A DNA stretch of 64,000 nucleotides from an uncultured Acidobacteriota bacterium. Its GTDB lineage: Bacteria > Acidobacteriota > Polarisedimenticolia > Polarisedimenticolales > JAIQFR01. How positions within the stretch are numbered: position 1 is the first letter of the stretch; every line of letters starts with the position of its first letter. The position numbers and the translations under genes are program-made. Where the stretch lies: NCBI GenBank assembly GCA_937864465.1, contig CALMJU010000082.1:41155-105154 (forward strand). The letters are read 5' to 3'. Positions 25,027 through 34,071 of the stretch are shown here, piece after piece. Under the pieces are notes generated by a model. The model ran no database searches. It was not told where the DNA came from and saw only the letters and a list, made by a program, of their open reading frames with translations.

Positions 25027-26454
25027 TCACCACCGCACGCGGACGCGGTAGGCGAGCTTGACCTCTTGCCCCTTCGGGACCGGAACCTCGAACTCGACCG
25101 TCCTCGCGTCGAGCTTCTTCCAGGGGAGGCTGGACTGGACGATCTCCCAGTCGCCGCCGACCGGCTCCCGCACGGTGACCGTGACGTCCTCCTCCTTCCG
25201 GTTCCGGATCGAGATCTCGTAGGCGGACTCGCTCTGCCGGCGGGAGATCGCCCGGTAGTCGGTCTGCGTCCGGTCGGCGACGACGTCGAAGGCGTCGCCG
25301 ACGTGGAGCTTCACGGTCTCGTCCTTCGGCGTGTGGTCGATCGAGTCCTCGCCGGCGAACTGCTCCGCGCCCGAGCGGTCCTTCTTGTAGACGCGCACGG
25401 TCCCCTTCGGGAGGGGGATTCCGAGCCCGCCCTCCTTGGCGTTCTTCAGCTCGAGGACGACGGCGACCTTCTGGTCGCTCGCGATCGTCCCGACCTGGCT
25501 CCGATACCAGTGCGGCTGTCCGACGAGGAGCAGGCGCTTGACGAGGGGGACCGACGGCGCCCGGAGGAGGGCGATCTGCTTCGTCTGGTTCTGCTTGAGC
25601 GTCGTCGGACGGTCGAGGGTGTAGAGGTGGTACTCGAAGAAGGCCTCCTCCTCGAAGTCCGCGTCGGCCTTCGCGACCCGCATGTCCGCGATTCCTCCGG
25701 CCATGCCAAGGACCGGGCCGACCCGCCGCACGTCTCCTGCGACGAGCTTGAGCTGTGCGTCCCGGAACGTCGCGCCGGAGTCGTTGACGACGGTGACCCA
25801 CCCGGACAGGCCCGCCGCGCGGTCGTCTGCGTCCACGACCGCGACGTAGTCGGCGGACCAGCTCATCCCGTCCGTGAGATACGAGGCCTCGATCTCCTGG
25901 GCGCCGGCCCTCGCGGCGTCGAGGGTCCACACGAGGGTCGGACGGGGGACGAGGTCGGGGGGGACCGAGGGGAGCGTCACCCTCCCGGTCTGCCCGAGGA
26001 CGATCCGGTCGCCGATCCGGTAGACCGGCCCGCGGTTGACGGAGAGAAGCTCCGCCCGCACGGTGCGCGTCGTCAGGTCCTCGGCCTGCTCGACGATCTC
26101 GACCTCCTTGCCGACGTACTTCTCGAGGAGCTTGTCGGGGGAGATCAGGTCGTACTCGTAGTTCTGCTCGAGGACGTCGAGGGCGCCGGGGCTCGTCAGC
26201 GACTCGAGGTGGACGGTCCTCGGGTTGATGGACGACGGCACGTCCATGAACCGTAGCGTCGAGATCCCCGCCGCGGGGATCTTCAGGCTCCTCGTCTCCC
26301 GGACGAGACCGAGGTTGACGTTGTAGACCGTCACCGAAACGGAGGTCCGGTCGGCGTCGGTGCTGTCCGGGAGGGCGCCTGCCTCTGCCGCGGGCTCGGC
26401 GGCGGGGGACAGGACGGCGAGGAAGATGCCGAGGACGGCAGGCGACGTGTTCAT
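25027..26454 (-). CDS. DUF4139 domain protein (secreted)
   Basis: 475 aa with a signal peptide. The N-terminus (VTVYNVNLGLVRETRSLKIPAG...LRFMDVP) and overall beta-rich pattern fit the DUF4139/MuiA-like family. The RBS GGAGGT lies upstream. Confidence 0.78.
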   Translation of the reverse strand: MNTSPAVLGIFLAVLSPAAEPAAEAGALPDSTDADRTSVSVTVYNVNLGLVRETRSLKIPAAGISTLRFMDVPSSINPRTVHLESLTSPGALDVLEQNYEYDLISPDKLLEKYVGKEVEIVEQAEDLTTRTVRAELLSVNRGPVYRIGDRIVLGQTGRVTLPSVPPDLVPRPTLVWTLDAARAGAQEIEASYLTDGMSWSADYVAVVDADDRAAGLSGWVTVVNDSGATFRDAQLKLVAGDVRRVGPVLGMAGGIADMRVAKADADFEEEAFFEYHLYTLDRPTTLKQNQTKQIALLRAPSVPLVKRLLLVGQPHWYRSQVGTIASDQKVAVVLELKNAKEGGLGIPLPKGTVRVYKKDRSGAEQFAGEDSIDHTPKDETVKLHVGDAFDVVADRTQTDYRAISRRQSESAYEISIRNRKEEDVTVTVREPVGGDWEIVQSSLPWKKLDARTVEFEVPVPKGQEVKLAYRVRVRW

Positions 26455-26571
26455 CGTGACCTCCGTGGGGCCCGACGCGGGCGGTCCGATTATAGGGCGG
26501 AGGAGGGGCGCGTCCGCCGGCCGGCGACGTCCGGCGGCCGGAGAGCCGGCGGAGCCGGACGCCCGGCAAGA

Positions 26572-26614
26572 ATCGTCGGATCCGATCTCCTCCCGGTAAA
26601 GATCGTCGCATCCG
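26572..26614. repeat. Two 13-nt direct repeats ATCGTCG(G/C)ATCCG with 30-nt period
   Basis: Copies at 26572-26584 and 26602-26614 match at 12 of 13 positions. They lie about 115-160 nt upstream of the sigma-54 promoter candidate. Function is unknown. Confidence 0.45.
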
Positions 26615-26729
26615 GGCCGGCCCTATCCGGTGCGATCGGCGGCTCGCGTGGTGACGCTCGCGCTCCGGAACGGCGCCGTCCGGCCGGAAATCCTTCCCCG
26701 GCGGTGTTTTCGCGCCGGAATCGGGAAGG

Positions 26730-26746
26730 TGGCCCGTGGCTTGCAT
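26730..26746 (+). promoter_or_regulatory. Sigma-54 (RpoN) -24/-12 promoter candidate
   Basis: TGGCCC-GTGGC-TTGCAT against the consensus TGGCAC-N5-TTGCW. The GG and GC dinucleotides are at exactly the canonical spacing. It lies about 190 nt upstream of ATG 26939, in an unusually A/T-rich patch. Confidence 0.55.
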
Positions 26747-26938
26747 TATTGTAAGTTCAATGCGACCTATCCATCAACGACTCGCAAAGCATGAGGAGGG
26801 AAGGACACGGAATCGTGGGTATGCGTCGGAAGATTCGACGGTGGGTTCGGTAGACCGAGGGACCCTGGCGAACGTCCGCTCAGGGAGGTCCCGTCCCACA
26901 GGGGGCAAGGTTACGCACAGCACAAGGAGGAGAGAGAG

Positions 26939-27625
26939 ATGGTAGGGAAGAAGGTCCTGTTTCTGACCGTGGTTTTCTGTGCAGTCATGGCCGCCGCGGC
27001 GACCCCGGCCCTTTCGGCCGAGTACCTCGCACCGTTGCCGGGCGACAAGGGGAACGCGCCGCCGGAGTACGCGGCGGTCCTCTCGGGAGAGGACTACCTG
27101 GTCAGCGGAGACGAGGGGGTCGTCTACACCGACGCCCTGGCCGACGGCGAGCTCTTCCTGGTGAAGAGGATCTCCGAGCTCAAGTCGGCGCTGTGGATTC
27201 CGGACGGCAACTCGGGCACCGTGTACACGAAGGTGGCGTACGCGGTCAACCTGAAGCTCAGGGACATCTCCGCGTTCGCCGGAGTGACGGGCATGGCCGT
27301 CTCGAACCTCGTCGTCGAGGGGTTCGGCTCGAAGGCGCCGACCCTCATCTCGGCGATCCTGTCGATCAACGGCGTGCCGGTGACCCTGAAGGACAGCACC
27401 GAGCTGCTGCCTGATTCGAACTACATGAGCCGGGAGTACGTGTACGACGCCGCCGCCGGTACGGGCGTTCTTTCGGTTCAGTTCTGGCTTCCGAGCCTCG
27501 ATGCGACCGTCGTCGGCGAGTACCTCGACGAGGACGCGGTCTCGATCTTCGTGATGTTCCGGACTCCGGAGCCGGTGACGATCACGGGCAGCGAGGTGGG
27601 GTTCCCGGACTACCAGACCCCGTAA
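26939..27625 (+). CDS. Secreted protein of unknown function
   Basis: 228 aa. The RBS AAGGAGGAGAG lies upstream and the signal peptide is MVGKKVLFLTVVFCAVMAAAATPALSA. I recognise no motif. Codon composition is visibly less GC-biased than in its neighbours. Confidence 0.7.
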   Translation: MVGKKVLFLTVVFCAVMAAAATPALSAEYLAPLPGDKGNAPPEYAAVLSGEDYLVSGDEGVVYTDALADGELFLVKRISELKSALWIPDGNSGTVYTKVAYAVNLKLRDISAFAGVTGMAVSNLVVEGFGSKAPTLISAILSINGVPVTLKDSTELLPDSNYMSREYVYDAAAGTGVLSVQFWLPSLDATVVGEYLDEDAVSIFVMFRTPEPVTITGSEVGFPDYQTP

Positions 27626-27671
27626 GCAGATTGGTCCGTCTTCTCGTGCGTTGACGGACTCCGAAACCCGA

Positions 27672-27710
27672 GCGGGCCCTGGGAGCCGATCCGCGGCTCT
27701 CGGGGCCCGC
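27672..27710. terminator. GC-rich compound hairpin between convergent genes (candidate bidirectional terminator)
   Basis: The structure is GCGGGCCC-tgg-GAGCCG-atccg-CGGCTC-tcg-GGGCCCGC. It sits between the 26939..27625 (+) gene and hypB (-). There is no clear U-tract. Confidence 0.4.
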
Positions 27711-27775
27711 GCACGAGAAGGCTTCGGTTCCCCCGCCGCCGGCCGCCGGGCGCTCGGCGCCCCTCGGCCGCCACG

Positions 27776-28561
27776 TCAAGGACGCGCCGGCGTGCCGCCT
27801 CCGTCCCCGGCCACCCATCGCAGCCACGGCTCCATCCCTTCTCCGGTGCGGGCGGAGAGGAGGAACAGGTGGGCTCCGGGGTTCAGGCCGCGGATCAGAC
27901 GGAGCGACTCCTCGACGTCGAAATCCACGTGGGGGAGGAGGTCGGTCTTGCACAGGACGACGGAGGTCGCGGTGCGGAAGGCGAGGGGGTACTTCGCCGG
28001 CTTGTCGGTCCCCTCGGTGACGGACAGGAGGACGACGCGCTCGCTCTCGCCGAGGTCGAACTCGGTGGGGCAGATGAGGTTGCCGACGTTCTCGACGAAG
28101 ACGAGAGAGCCTCGCTCGGGGGAGAGGTGCTCGAGAGCGTGGCGGATCTGGTGGGCGTCGAGATGGCAGGCCTTCCCGGTCTGGATCTGGCGGACGGGGG
28201 CGCCCGTCGTCGCGATCCTCCTGGCGTCGAGGTCGGTCTGCTGGTCCCCCTCTACGACGGAGCACTTCCGGCCGCGGGCCAAGAGGGCGGAGAGGGTTCT
28301 CTCGAGAAGGGTGGTCTTCCCGGATCCGGGGGCGCTGATCAGGTTGAAGGAGCGGATCCCCATGCCGGCGAAGAAGCCTCGCACGTAAGCGGCGTGCCGG
28401 TCGTTCTCCGCGAGGAGCGCCTGCTCGACCCGTACGATCCCGTGGAGGGCGTCGTCGTGGGAGTGCTCGCCGGGGCGTTTCCCCTCGCGGCCATGGTCGT
28501 GACCGTGGTCGCCGGCCTCGGGTTCGTCGCCCGGGCGGCCGCAGCCGCAGGTGGTGCACAT
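27776..28561 (-). CDS. hypB: Hydrogenase nickel incorporation GTPase HypB
   Basis: 261 aa with the N-terminal CTTCGC metal site, a His-rich stretch (GDHGHDHG), the P-loop SAPGSGKTTLL and the ENVGNLICP motif. Confidence 0.95.
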   Translation of the reverse strand: MCTTCGCGRPGDEPEAGDHGHDHGREGKRPGEHSHDDALHGIVRVEQALLAENDRHAAYVRGFFAGMGIRSFNLISAPGSGKTTLLERTLSALLARGRKCSVVEGDQQTDLDARRIATTGAPVRQIQTGKACHLDAHQIRHALEHLSPERGSLVFVENVGNLICPTEFDLGESERVVLLSVTEGTDKPAKYPLAFRTATSVVLCKTDLLPHVDFDVEESLRLIRGLNPGAHLFLLSARTGEGMEPWLRWVAGDGGGTPARP

Positions 28562-28562
28562 G

Positions 28563-28904
28563 TCAGGTGACCTCCAGGGAGTCGAGCTCCATCTCCCGGC
28601 CGCCCTCGACGGAGAGCGGCCATCCCCCGCACGCCGGGCAGGGCGCGAGGAGGTCGCGCACCTCGCTCCTTCCCCCGCACCGGGCGCAGCAGCCGCTCGC
28701 CGGGACGATCTCGAGCCGGAGCTCGGCCCCTTCGCAGATCGTGCCCTTGGCCACGACGGGGAAGCAGAACTCCAGGGACTCGGGTTCGACGCCGGCCAGT
28801 GCCCCGAGCCGCAGGTGGAGGCGGGTCACCGAGCAAGCCCCCGCCTTCTCCGCGCTGCGGACGGCCGTCTCGACCAGGCTCGTCGCGATGGAAAGCTCGT
28901 GCAA
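28563..28904 (-). CDS. hypA: Hydrogenase nickel insertion protein HypA
   Basis: 113 aa if started at TTG 28904 (the RBS GGGAGA lies 7 nt upstream), giving (M)HELSIA. The zinc site is CxxC...CxxC (CARCG...CPACG). Confidence 0.9.
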   Translation of the reverse strand: MHELSIATSLVETAVRSAEKAGACSVTRLHLRLGALAGVEPESLEFCFPVVAKGTICEGAELRLEIVPASGCCARCGGRSEVRDLLAPCPACGGWPLSVEGGREMELDSLEVT

Positions 28905-28984
28905 GAGGTTCTCCCGCCGTGGACGGCAGTCTAGCGGAACGGGGGCGGACGGACCAGGACGGCGCGGCCCGACGGCCCCCTCCC

Positions 28985-29491
28985 TCACGACGGGGGCCCG
29001 GCGCCCAGCAGGGCGAGGGCGTCGCGCCGCACCTCGCCGAGGATCTCCGGGTACGCCTCCTCGAGGGCCGGGGACAGGCGCTCCCCGAACGTGGCGTCGT
29101 CCTCCACCTCGACGGCGAAGACGTGGATCTCCTCGTCCGGCGGGAGGGGGTGGCCGAGGCGGCGGCCGAGGGCGAGGGCGGTCGCGAAGTTCACGTCGTG
29201 GACGTTCCGGAGGTTCCGCGTCTCCCGGAGGGAGCCGGCCGTGAACCGGTACCAGTCGCCCGGGCGCCCGCCCCGGGTGCGAACGGAGTCGAAGATGAGG
29301 ACGCGATCGTAGCCGGAGAGCACCTCGATGAGGTTCAGCCCGCCCACCGAGCACTCGGGGACGACCTCGAGTCCCGGGACGCCCTCGAGGTCGCGGGCCA
29401 GGTCGCGGGCGAGACGAACCCCCACGGAGTCGTCCGTGAGGATCGGGTTCCCCATGCCGAGGAGGAGGGTCCGCACGCGGGCGCTCAGCAC
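28985..29491 (-). CDS. [NiFe] hydrogenase maturation endopeptidase (HycI/FrhD/HoxW family)
   Basis: In frame with track ORF 28985..30760. The LLLGMGNPILTDDSVG motif and the conserved DxxH region (VHDVNF) are present. GTG 29491 overlaps the large-subunit stop, and the start is uncertain. Confidence 0.85.
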   Translation of the reverse strand: MLSARVRTLLLGMGNPILTDDSVGVRLARDLARDLEGVPGLEVVPECSVGGLNLIEVLSGYDRVLIFDSVRTRGGRPGDWYRFTAGSLRETRNLRNVHDVNFATALALGRRLGHPLPPDEEIHVFAVEVEDDATFGERLSPALEEAYPEILGEVRRDALALLGAGPPS

Positions 29492-30951
29492 CCCCTCCGG
29501 AACTCCCGGTGGGGCTCGCCCGCCTTGAAGATCCGGACCTCGAGCGGCATCTGGCCGGGGAGGCTGTGCGTCGCGCAGGAGAAGCACGGGTCGAAGGCGC
29601 GGAACGCCATCTCGATCATGTTGAGGATCCCCTGGGTCGGCTCCGCGCCCGGCCGGATCATCGCCTTCGCGACCTTCTTCGTCACCATGTGGATCGCGGC
29701 GTTGTTGTTCGTCGTCCCGACGATCAGGTTCGCGCTCGTGCAGACCCCCTTCTCGTCGCAGGTGTAGTGGTGGGTGAGCGTGCCGCGCATCGCCTCGACG
29801 ATCCCGACGCCCTCGCCGGTGATCCTGTCCGGGACGACGCGGAACGCGTCGCCGGTGATCTCGGGGTCGTCCCGGTACTTCCGCAGCATCTCGGCGTCGA
29901 ACACCATCTCGACGAGGCGGGCCCAGTGCTGGGCGAGCAGCGCGCGGCAGGGCTTCTGCCCCAGTGTCGAGAACATCTCCTCGTACGCCTCCTGCGCCGC
30001 GGGGGTGGCCATCCGGTCGGCCACGTTGAGCCTCGCGAGCGGGGTGGCGCAGTAGATGCTGGAGTCGATCCCCTCGACGAACCCCTTCCAGCCCCTCTTC
30101 TTGAGGTACGGGAACTTCAGGTACGTCCATGGCTCCACGTGCTCGGCGACGTTCTGGGTGTACTCCTCGGGAGCGTACTTGCAGATCTCGTTCCCCTGGA
30201 AGTCCACGACGCGGACCTTCCCGTCGTAGAAGTTCGGCGCGTTGTTCTCGTCCACGAGCCCCATCTGCTGGACGTCCAGCGTGTACGGGCCGTTCAGGAT
30301 CAGGTCGACGTAGGCGGGGTTCCCGAGGACGACGTCCTTGAAGAGCTTCAGGGAGAACTGCGTGAAGTCGTACAGCTCGTCCACCATCGGCCGGATCGCG
30401 TCGAGCTCCTCCTTCTTGATCCCCTTCGACACGCCGCCGGGCAGGCACCACACGAGGTGGGTCGTCCTTCCGCCGACGATCTGCTGGATCTTCTGGGCCT
30501 GGGCCCGCGCCCGCACGACCGCCCCCCCGATCTCGAGACCGACCTTGGCGACGACCCCGAGGACGTTGCGCGTCGCGGGGTCGGAGTCGGGACCGCACAC
30601 GAAGTCGGGGGCGGCGAGGGCGTAGAAGTGCGCGATGTGGCTGTGGATGTAGTGGGCGTGGTAGTAGAGGTCGCGGAGCTTCAGGGCGAGAGGGGCGATC
30701 TGGTGTCCGAAGCAGCCGTCCACCGCCTTGGCGCTCGCCATGTGGTGGCTCGCCGGGCACACGCCGCAGATCCGGGTGACGATCCGGGGCAGCTCCTCGA
30801 TCGGGCGCCCGACGACGAACCGCTCGAACCCGCGGAGCTCGGGGATCTGGAAGTAGCAGTCCTCGACGCCTCCGGCGTCGTCCAGGAAGATCGCGATCTT
30901 GCCGTGCCCCTCGAGCCTCGTGATCGGATCGATGCTGATCTTCTTGGCCAT
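29485..30951 (-). CDS. mvhA: [NiFe] hydrogenase large subunit, group 3c (MvhA-like), copy 1
   Basis: 488 aa from ATG 30951. The N-terminal Ni-binding motif is RICGVCPASH and the C-terminal motif is DPCFSCATH. It is adjacent to MvhG/MvhD/HdrA-like genes. Confidence 0.94.
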   Translation of the reverse strand: MAKKISIDPITRLEGHGKIAIFLDDAGGVEDCYFQIPELRGFERFVVGRPIEELPRIVTRICGVCPASHHMASAKAVDGCFGHQIAPLALKLRDLYYHAHYIHSHIAHFYALAAPDFVCGPDSDPATRNVLGVVAKVGLEIGGAVVRARAQAQKIQQIVGGRTTHLVWCLPGGVSKGIKKEELDAIRPMVDELYDFTQFSLKLFKDVVLGNPAYVDLILNGPYTLDVQQMGLVDENNAPNFYDGKVRVVDFQGNEICKYAPEEYTQNVAEHVEPWTYLKFPYLKKRGWKGFVEGIDSSIYCATPLARLNVADRMATPAAQEAYEEMFSTLGQKPCRALLAQHWARLVEMVFDAEMLRKYRDDPEITGDAFRVVPDRITGEGVGIVEAMRGTLTHHYTCDEKGVCTSANLIVGTTNNNAAIHMVTKKVAKAMIRPGAEPTQGILNMIEMAFRAFDPCFSCATHSLPGQMPLEVRIFKAGEPHREFRRGC

Positions 30952-31913
30952 CAGCGGATGCTCCTCTGCAGAAGGGACGCGGGGAGGCCGAAGCGATAGG
31001 CGTACCCGAGGATGTCCGGAATGTCGCCGAGGATCCTCTCGATCTCGCGCGGGTCCTTGCTGTCCACGATGGACGATACCGCCGAGACGAACTTCGCCCC
31101 CTGGTCGATCACGTTGGGGGCGGGTCCGTAGCAGCCGCGGCAGGGCATGCCGCTGTCGGGGCAGCGGACCCCGCATCCCGAACGGGTGGCGGAGCCCGCG
31201 CACAGGATTCCCTGCTCCATGAGGCACCTGTCCGGGTCCTGGAGGATCTCCCAGGGACGGTGGAACCGCGTGACCTTCTTCTCTTCCTTGCGGCGCCGGC
31301 AGTCGTCGCAGACCGTCCGGTTGGACGCGCCGATGACGCTTCGGGCGGGCGGAAGCGTGCCGTTGACGAGCGCCTGCAACGCCGCCTTGACCTGCTCCGG
31401 GGCCGGCGGGCAGCCGGGCACGTAATAGTCGACGGGGACGACGTCGTCGAGCCTGTAGACCCTGCGGTAGAAGCGCGGGATCTCGAGCTCCCCGGCATCC
31501 ACGCGCGTGGACGGAAGAGGCACCACGCGGTTCCCGGCCTCGATCGAAGGGTTGTCCAGGTAGACCCGCTCGAGGATCTCCTGCTTCGTGACCTGGTTGG
31601 CCAGCCCCGGGATCCCTCCCAGGTGAGCGCAGGAGCCGAGGGCGACGAGGACCTTGCTCTTCCGGCGCAGGAGCTTCGCGAGGTGCTCGTTCTCGCTGTT
31701 GCGGATCGCGCCGTGGAACAGGGTGCAGTCGAGCTCCCCGTCGGCCATCGCCTCCACGTCCCTGTACTTGCCGTCGGCGGCGATCGGCCAGAGCCGGATG
31801 TCGACGAGGAACCCCACGCCGATGACGAACTCGTTCGTGTCCAGGACGGCCACGTCGCAGCCGCCGCAGGCGGCGCCCCAGTAGAGAGCGATCTGAAGCT
31901 TCTTCTCGGGCAT
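30951..31913 (-). CDS. mvhG: [NiFe] hydrogenase small subunit (MvhG-like), copy 1
   Basis: 320 aa with no Tat signal. The proximal-cluster cysteines are GAACGGCDVA and further Cys motifs are GSCAHLGGIPG and PGCPP. Confidence 0.9.
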   Translation of the reverse strand: MPEKKLQIALYWGAACGGCDVAVLDTNEFVIGVGFLVDIRLWPIAADGKYRDVEAMADGELDCTLFHGAIRNSENEHLAKLLRRKSKVLVALGSCAHLGGIPGLANQVTKQEILERVYLDNPSIEAGNRVVPLPSTRVDAGELEIPRFYRRVYRLDDVVPVDYYVPGCPPAPEQVKAALQALVNGTLPPARSVIGASNRTVCDDCRRRKEEKKVTRFHRPWEILQDPDRCLMEQGILCAGSATRSGCGVRCPDSGMPCRGCYGPAPNVIDQGAKFVSAVSSIVDSKDPREIERILGDIPDILGYAYRFGLPASLLQRSIR

Positions 31914-31916
31914 GGC

Positions 31917-32351
31917 CTACCTCTCGACCCGGTCGGCCTCGAGCAGGGTCTTGACCCGGCTCGGCCCCAGGCGGCGAACGCGCTCCGTCATGTCGTCCAC
32001 GATCTCCGCGAACCGCTTCCCCTCGCTGGCGCTGACCCACTCGAGCCGGACCCGGTCCTCCTCGATCCCGTAATCTCGGAGGAGCCGGCCCAGCAGGGGA
32101 AACCGGCGCATCGCCTTGTAGTTCCCCTCGGAGTAGTGGCAGTCGCCCGGGTGGCAGCCGCAGATCAGCACCCCGTCGGCGCCCTCCGCGAGCGCCTTGA
32201 CGACGAAGGTGGGGTCCACGCGGGCCGAGCACATCACGCGGATCACCCGCACGTTCGGCGCGTAGTGGATGCGCGCGGTCCCCGCGAGGTCGGCGCCGGT
32301 GTACGAGCACCAGTTGCAGAGGAACCCGACTATCCTTGGCTCGAAGCCCAT
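31917..32351 (-). CDS. mvhD: MvhD/FlpD-type [2Fe-2S] hydrogenase delta subunit, copy 1
   Basis: ATG 32351 is in frame with track ORF 31917..34109, giving 144 aa. Motifs present are FLCNWCSY, VMCSARV and CGCHPGDCHY. Confidence 0.9.
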   Translation of the reverse strand: MGFEPRIVGFLCNWCSYTGADLAGTARIHYAPNVRVIRVMCSARVDPTFVVKALAEGADGVLICGCHPGDCHYSEGNYKAMRRFPLLGRLLRDYGIEEDRVRLEWVSASEGKRFAEIVDDMTERVRRLGPSRVKTLLEADRVER

Positions 32352-34060
32352 TCCAGCACCCCTTCGATCTGCGAGAAGATCTGTCGGTCGGTGAAATGCC
32401 GCCCCTGGATCGCTCCCGAGGGGCACGCCGCGACGCAGCAGCCGCAGGCCTTGCACACGGCGCTGATGACCCGGCTGCGCTTGGTGGCGGCGTCGTACTC
32501 GATCGCCGCGTAGGGGCAGAGCTCGTTGCACATCCGGCACCCCGAGCAGCGGGTCTCGTCCACCTCCGCGAACACGGCGTCCACCTCGATCTTGCCCCGG
32601 CTGATCTTGCCGAGGATCCTCGCCGCCGCCGCCTCGGCCTGGGCCACCGACCCCGGGATCCCCTTCGGCGCCTGGCAGGTCCCGGCGATGAACACTCCCT
32701 CCGTCGTGGTGGCGACCGGGTCCAGCTTCGGGTGGCTCTCGATGAACCAGCCGTCCTTGTCCTGGCTGATGCTGACGAGGTGGGCGACGTCGGCCGCGTC
32801 CTCCCGCGCCTCCATGCCCACCATGAGGACCACCAGGTCGGCCGGCACCTCGATCTCCTCGCCGGAGAGCACCTCGTGGACCTTGATCAGCATCTCGCAG
32901 TCGTCGTCGGGGCCCGACGGCACGATCTCCGGAGTCGTCCCCTTGGCGTACATCAGGAACATCGTCTTCATCTCGGCGGTGCGCCGGTAGAAGTCCTCGC
33001 ACCCCTTTCCGAAGGCGTGCATGTCGATGTACAGGTCGTAGACGTAGGCCCCCGGCAGGGCGGACTTGATCTCGTGGCCGTACTTCAGCGCGGTCATGCA
33101 GCAGACGCGGGAGCAGTAGCCGTGGTACTCGGGGTTCCGGCTCCCGACGCAGTGGATCATCGCGAAGTACTTCGGCACCCGCCCTCCGCGCGTCAGGATC
33201 CGCCCCTCGCGGAGCATCCGCTCGAGCTCGAACGAGGTGACGACGTTGGGGAGCCTGCCGTACCCGTAATGCTCGATCCTGCGTGCGTCGAACTCCCGGA
33301 AGCCGGTGGCGACGAGAACGCTTCCGACGTCCACGGTCCGCGCGCCGTCCGCCCCGACGCGGATCTCGGCCCGGAAGTTGCCGACGAACCCGGAGAGGGA
33401 CTGCAGGGTCGATCGGAGGAGGACCTCGATTTTCGGGCTCTCGAGGACACGGCGGATCCGGTCGGCGAGCATGTCCCGCGCGGAGTCGAGGTACGGGGCG
33501 GTCAGGTCCACCCGGGCCAGGTTCCCTCCCAGGTGGTCGTCCTTCTCCACGAGGAAGACAGGCTGGCCGGCGTCGGAGAGCTCCAGGGCGGCCGTCAGGC
33601 CCGCGATCCCACCGCCGAGCACGAGCGTGGCCGGGCACATGTCCACGAACCGCTTCTCGAGCGGCTCGTGGTGGACGACGCGCCGGACCGCGGCGTGGGC
33701 CAGGGCGAGGGCCTTGTCGGTCGCCGCGCGGGCGTCGTCGTGGACCCAGCTGCACTGCTCCCGGATGTTCGCCATCTCCAGGAAGTACGGGTTGATCCCG
33801 GCGGTCTGCAGCGCCTTGCGGAACGTCGGCTCGTGCATGCGGGGGCTGCACGCGGCGACGACCACGCGGTCGAGGGAGAGCTCCCGGATGTCCTGGATGA
33901 TCATCTCCTGTCCGGGGTTCGAGCACATGTACTTGTAGGAGCGCGCGACCGCCACGCCCGGCAGCTTCTTCGCGAAATCGGAAACCGCGTCGCAGTCGAC
34001 CACCTTGGCGATGTTCGTGCCGCAGTTGCAGACGTAGACGCCGATCCTCCGGTCTTCCAT
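32330..34060 (-). CDS. hdrA: HdrA-like flavoprotein (QmoB-like core): N-terminal Cys cluster + FAD domain + C-terminal 2x[4Fe-4S], lacks inserted ferredoxin domain
   Basis: 576 aa from ATG 34060 (RBS GGGAGG 5 nt upstream; alternative ATG 34072). Motifs present are GVYVCNCGTNIA, GGGIAGLTAALEL and CSRVCCM. The C-terminus has CSGCRMCNELCP...CKACGCCVAACP. Confidence 0.92.
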   Translation of the reverse strand: MEDRRIGVYVCNCGTNIAKVVDCDAVSDFAKKLPGVAVARSYKYMCSNPGQEMIIQDIRELSLDRVVVAACSPRMHEPTFRKALQTAGINPYFLEMANIREQCSWVHDDARAATDKALALAHAAVRRVVHHEPLEKRFVDMCPATLVLGGGIAGLTAALELSDAGQPVFLVEKDDHLGGNLARVDLTAPYLDSARDMLADRIRRVLESPKIEVLLRSTLQSLSGFVGNFRAEIRVGADGARTVDVGSVLVATGFREFDARRIEHYGYGRLPNVVTSFELERMLREGRILTRGGRVPKYFAMIHCVGSRNPEYHGYCSRVCCMTALKYGHEIKSALPGAYVYDLYIDMHAFGKGCEDFYRRTAEMKTMFLMYAKGTTPEIVPSGPDDDCEMLIKVHEVLSGEEIEVPADLVVLMVGMEAREDAADVAHLVSISQDKDGWFIESHPKLDPVATTTEGVFIAGTCQAPKGIPGSVAQAEAAAARILGKISRGKIEVDAVFAEVDETRCSGCRMCNELCPYAAIEYDAATKRSRVISAVCKACGCCVAACPSGAIQGRHFTDRQIFSQIEGVLEWASSQG

Positions 34061-34071
34061 CGTGCCTCCCA

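Noticed and set aside
24272-26746. The 824-aa ORF 24272..26746 read as a single giant protein.
   Set aside because: Only the last 247 codons (from ATG 25015) form a nitrilase-family protein. The upstream part overlaps the well-supported DUF4139 gene in a different frame and is low complexity.
26736-26945. A 69-codon ORF (MACIIVSSMRPIHQRL…) in the long leader upstream of 26939.
   Set aside because: Its start codon lies inside the sigma-54 -24/-12 element. There is no RBS and the sequence is basic and low complexity. The region is more plausibly untranslated leader.
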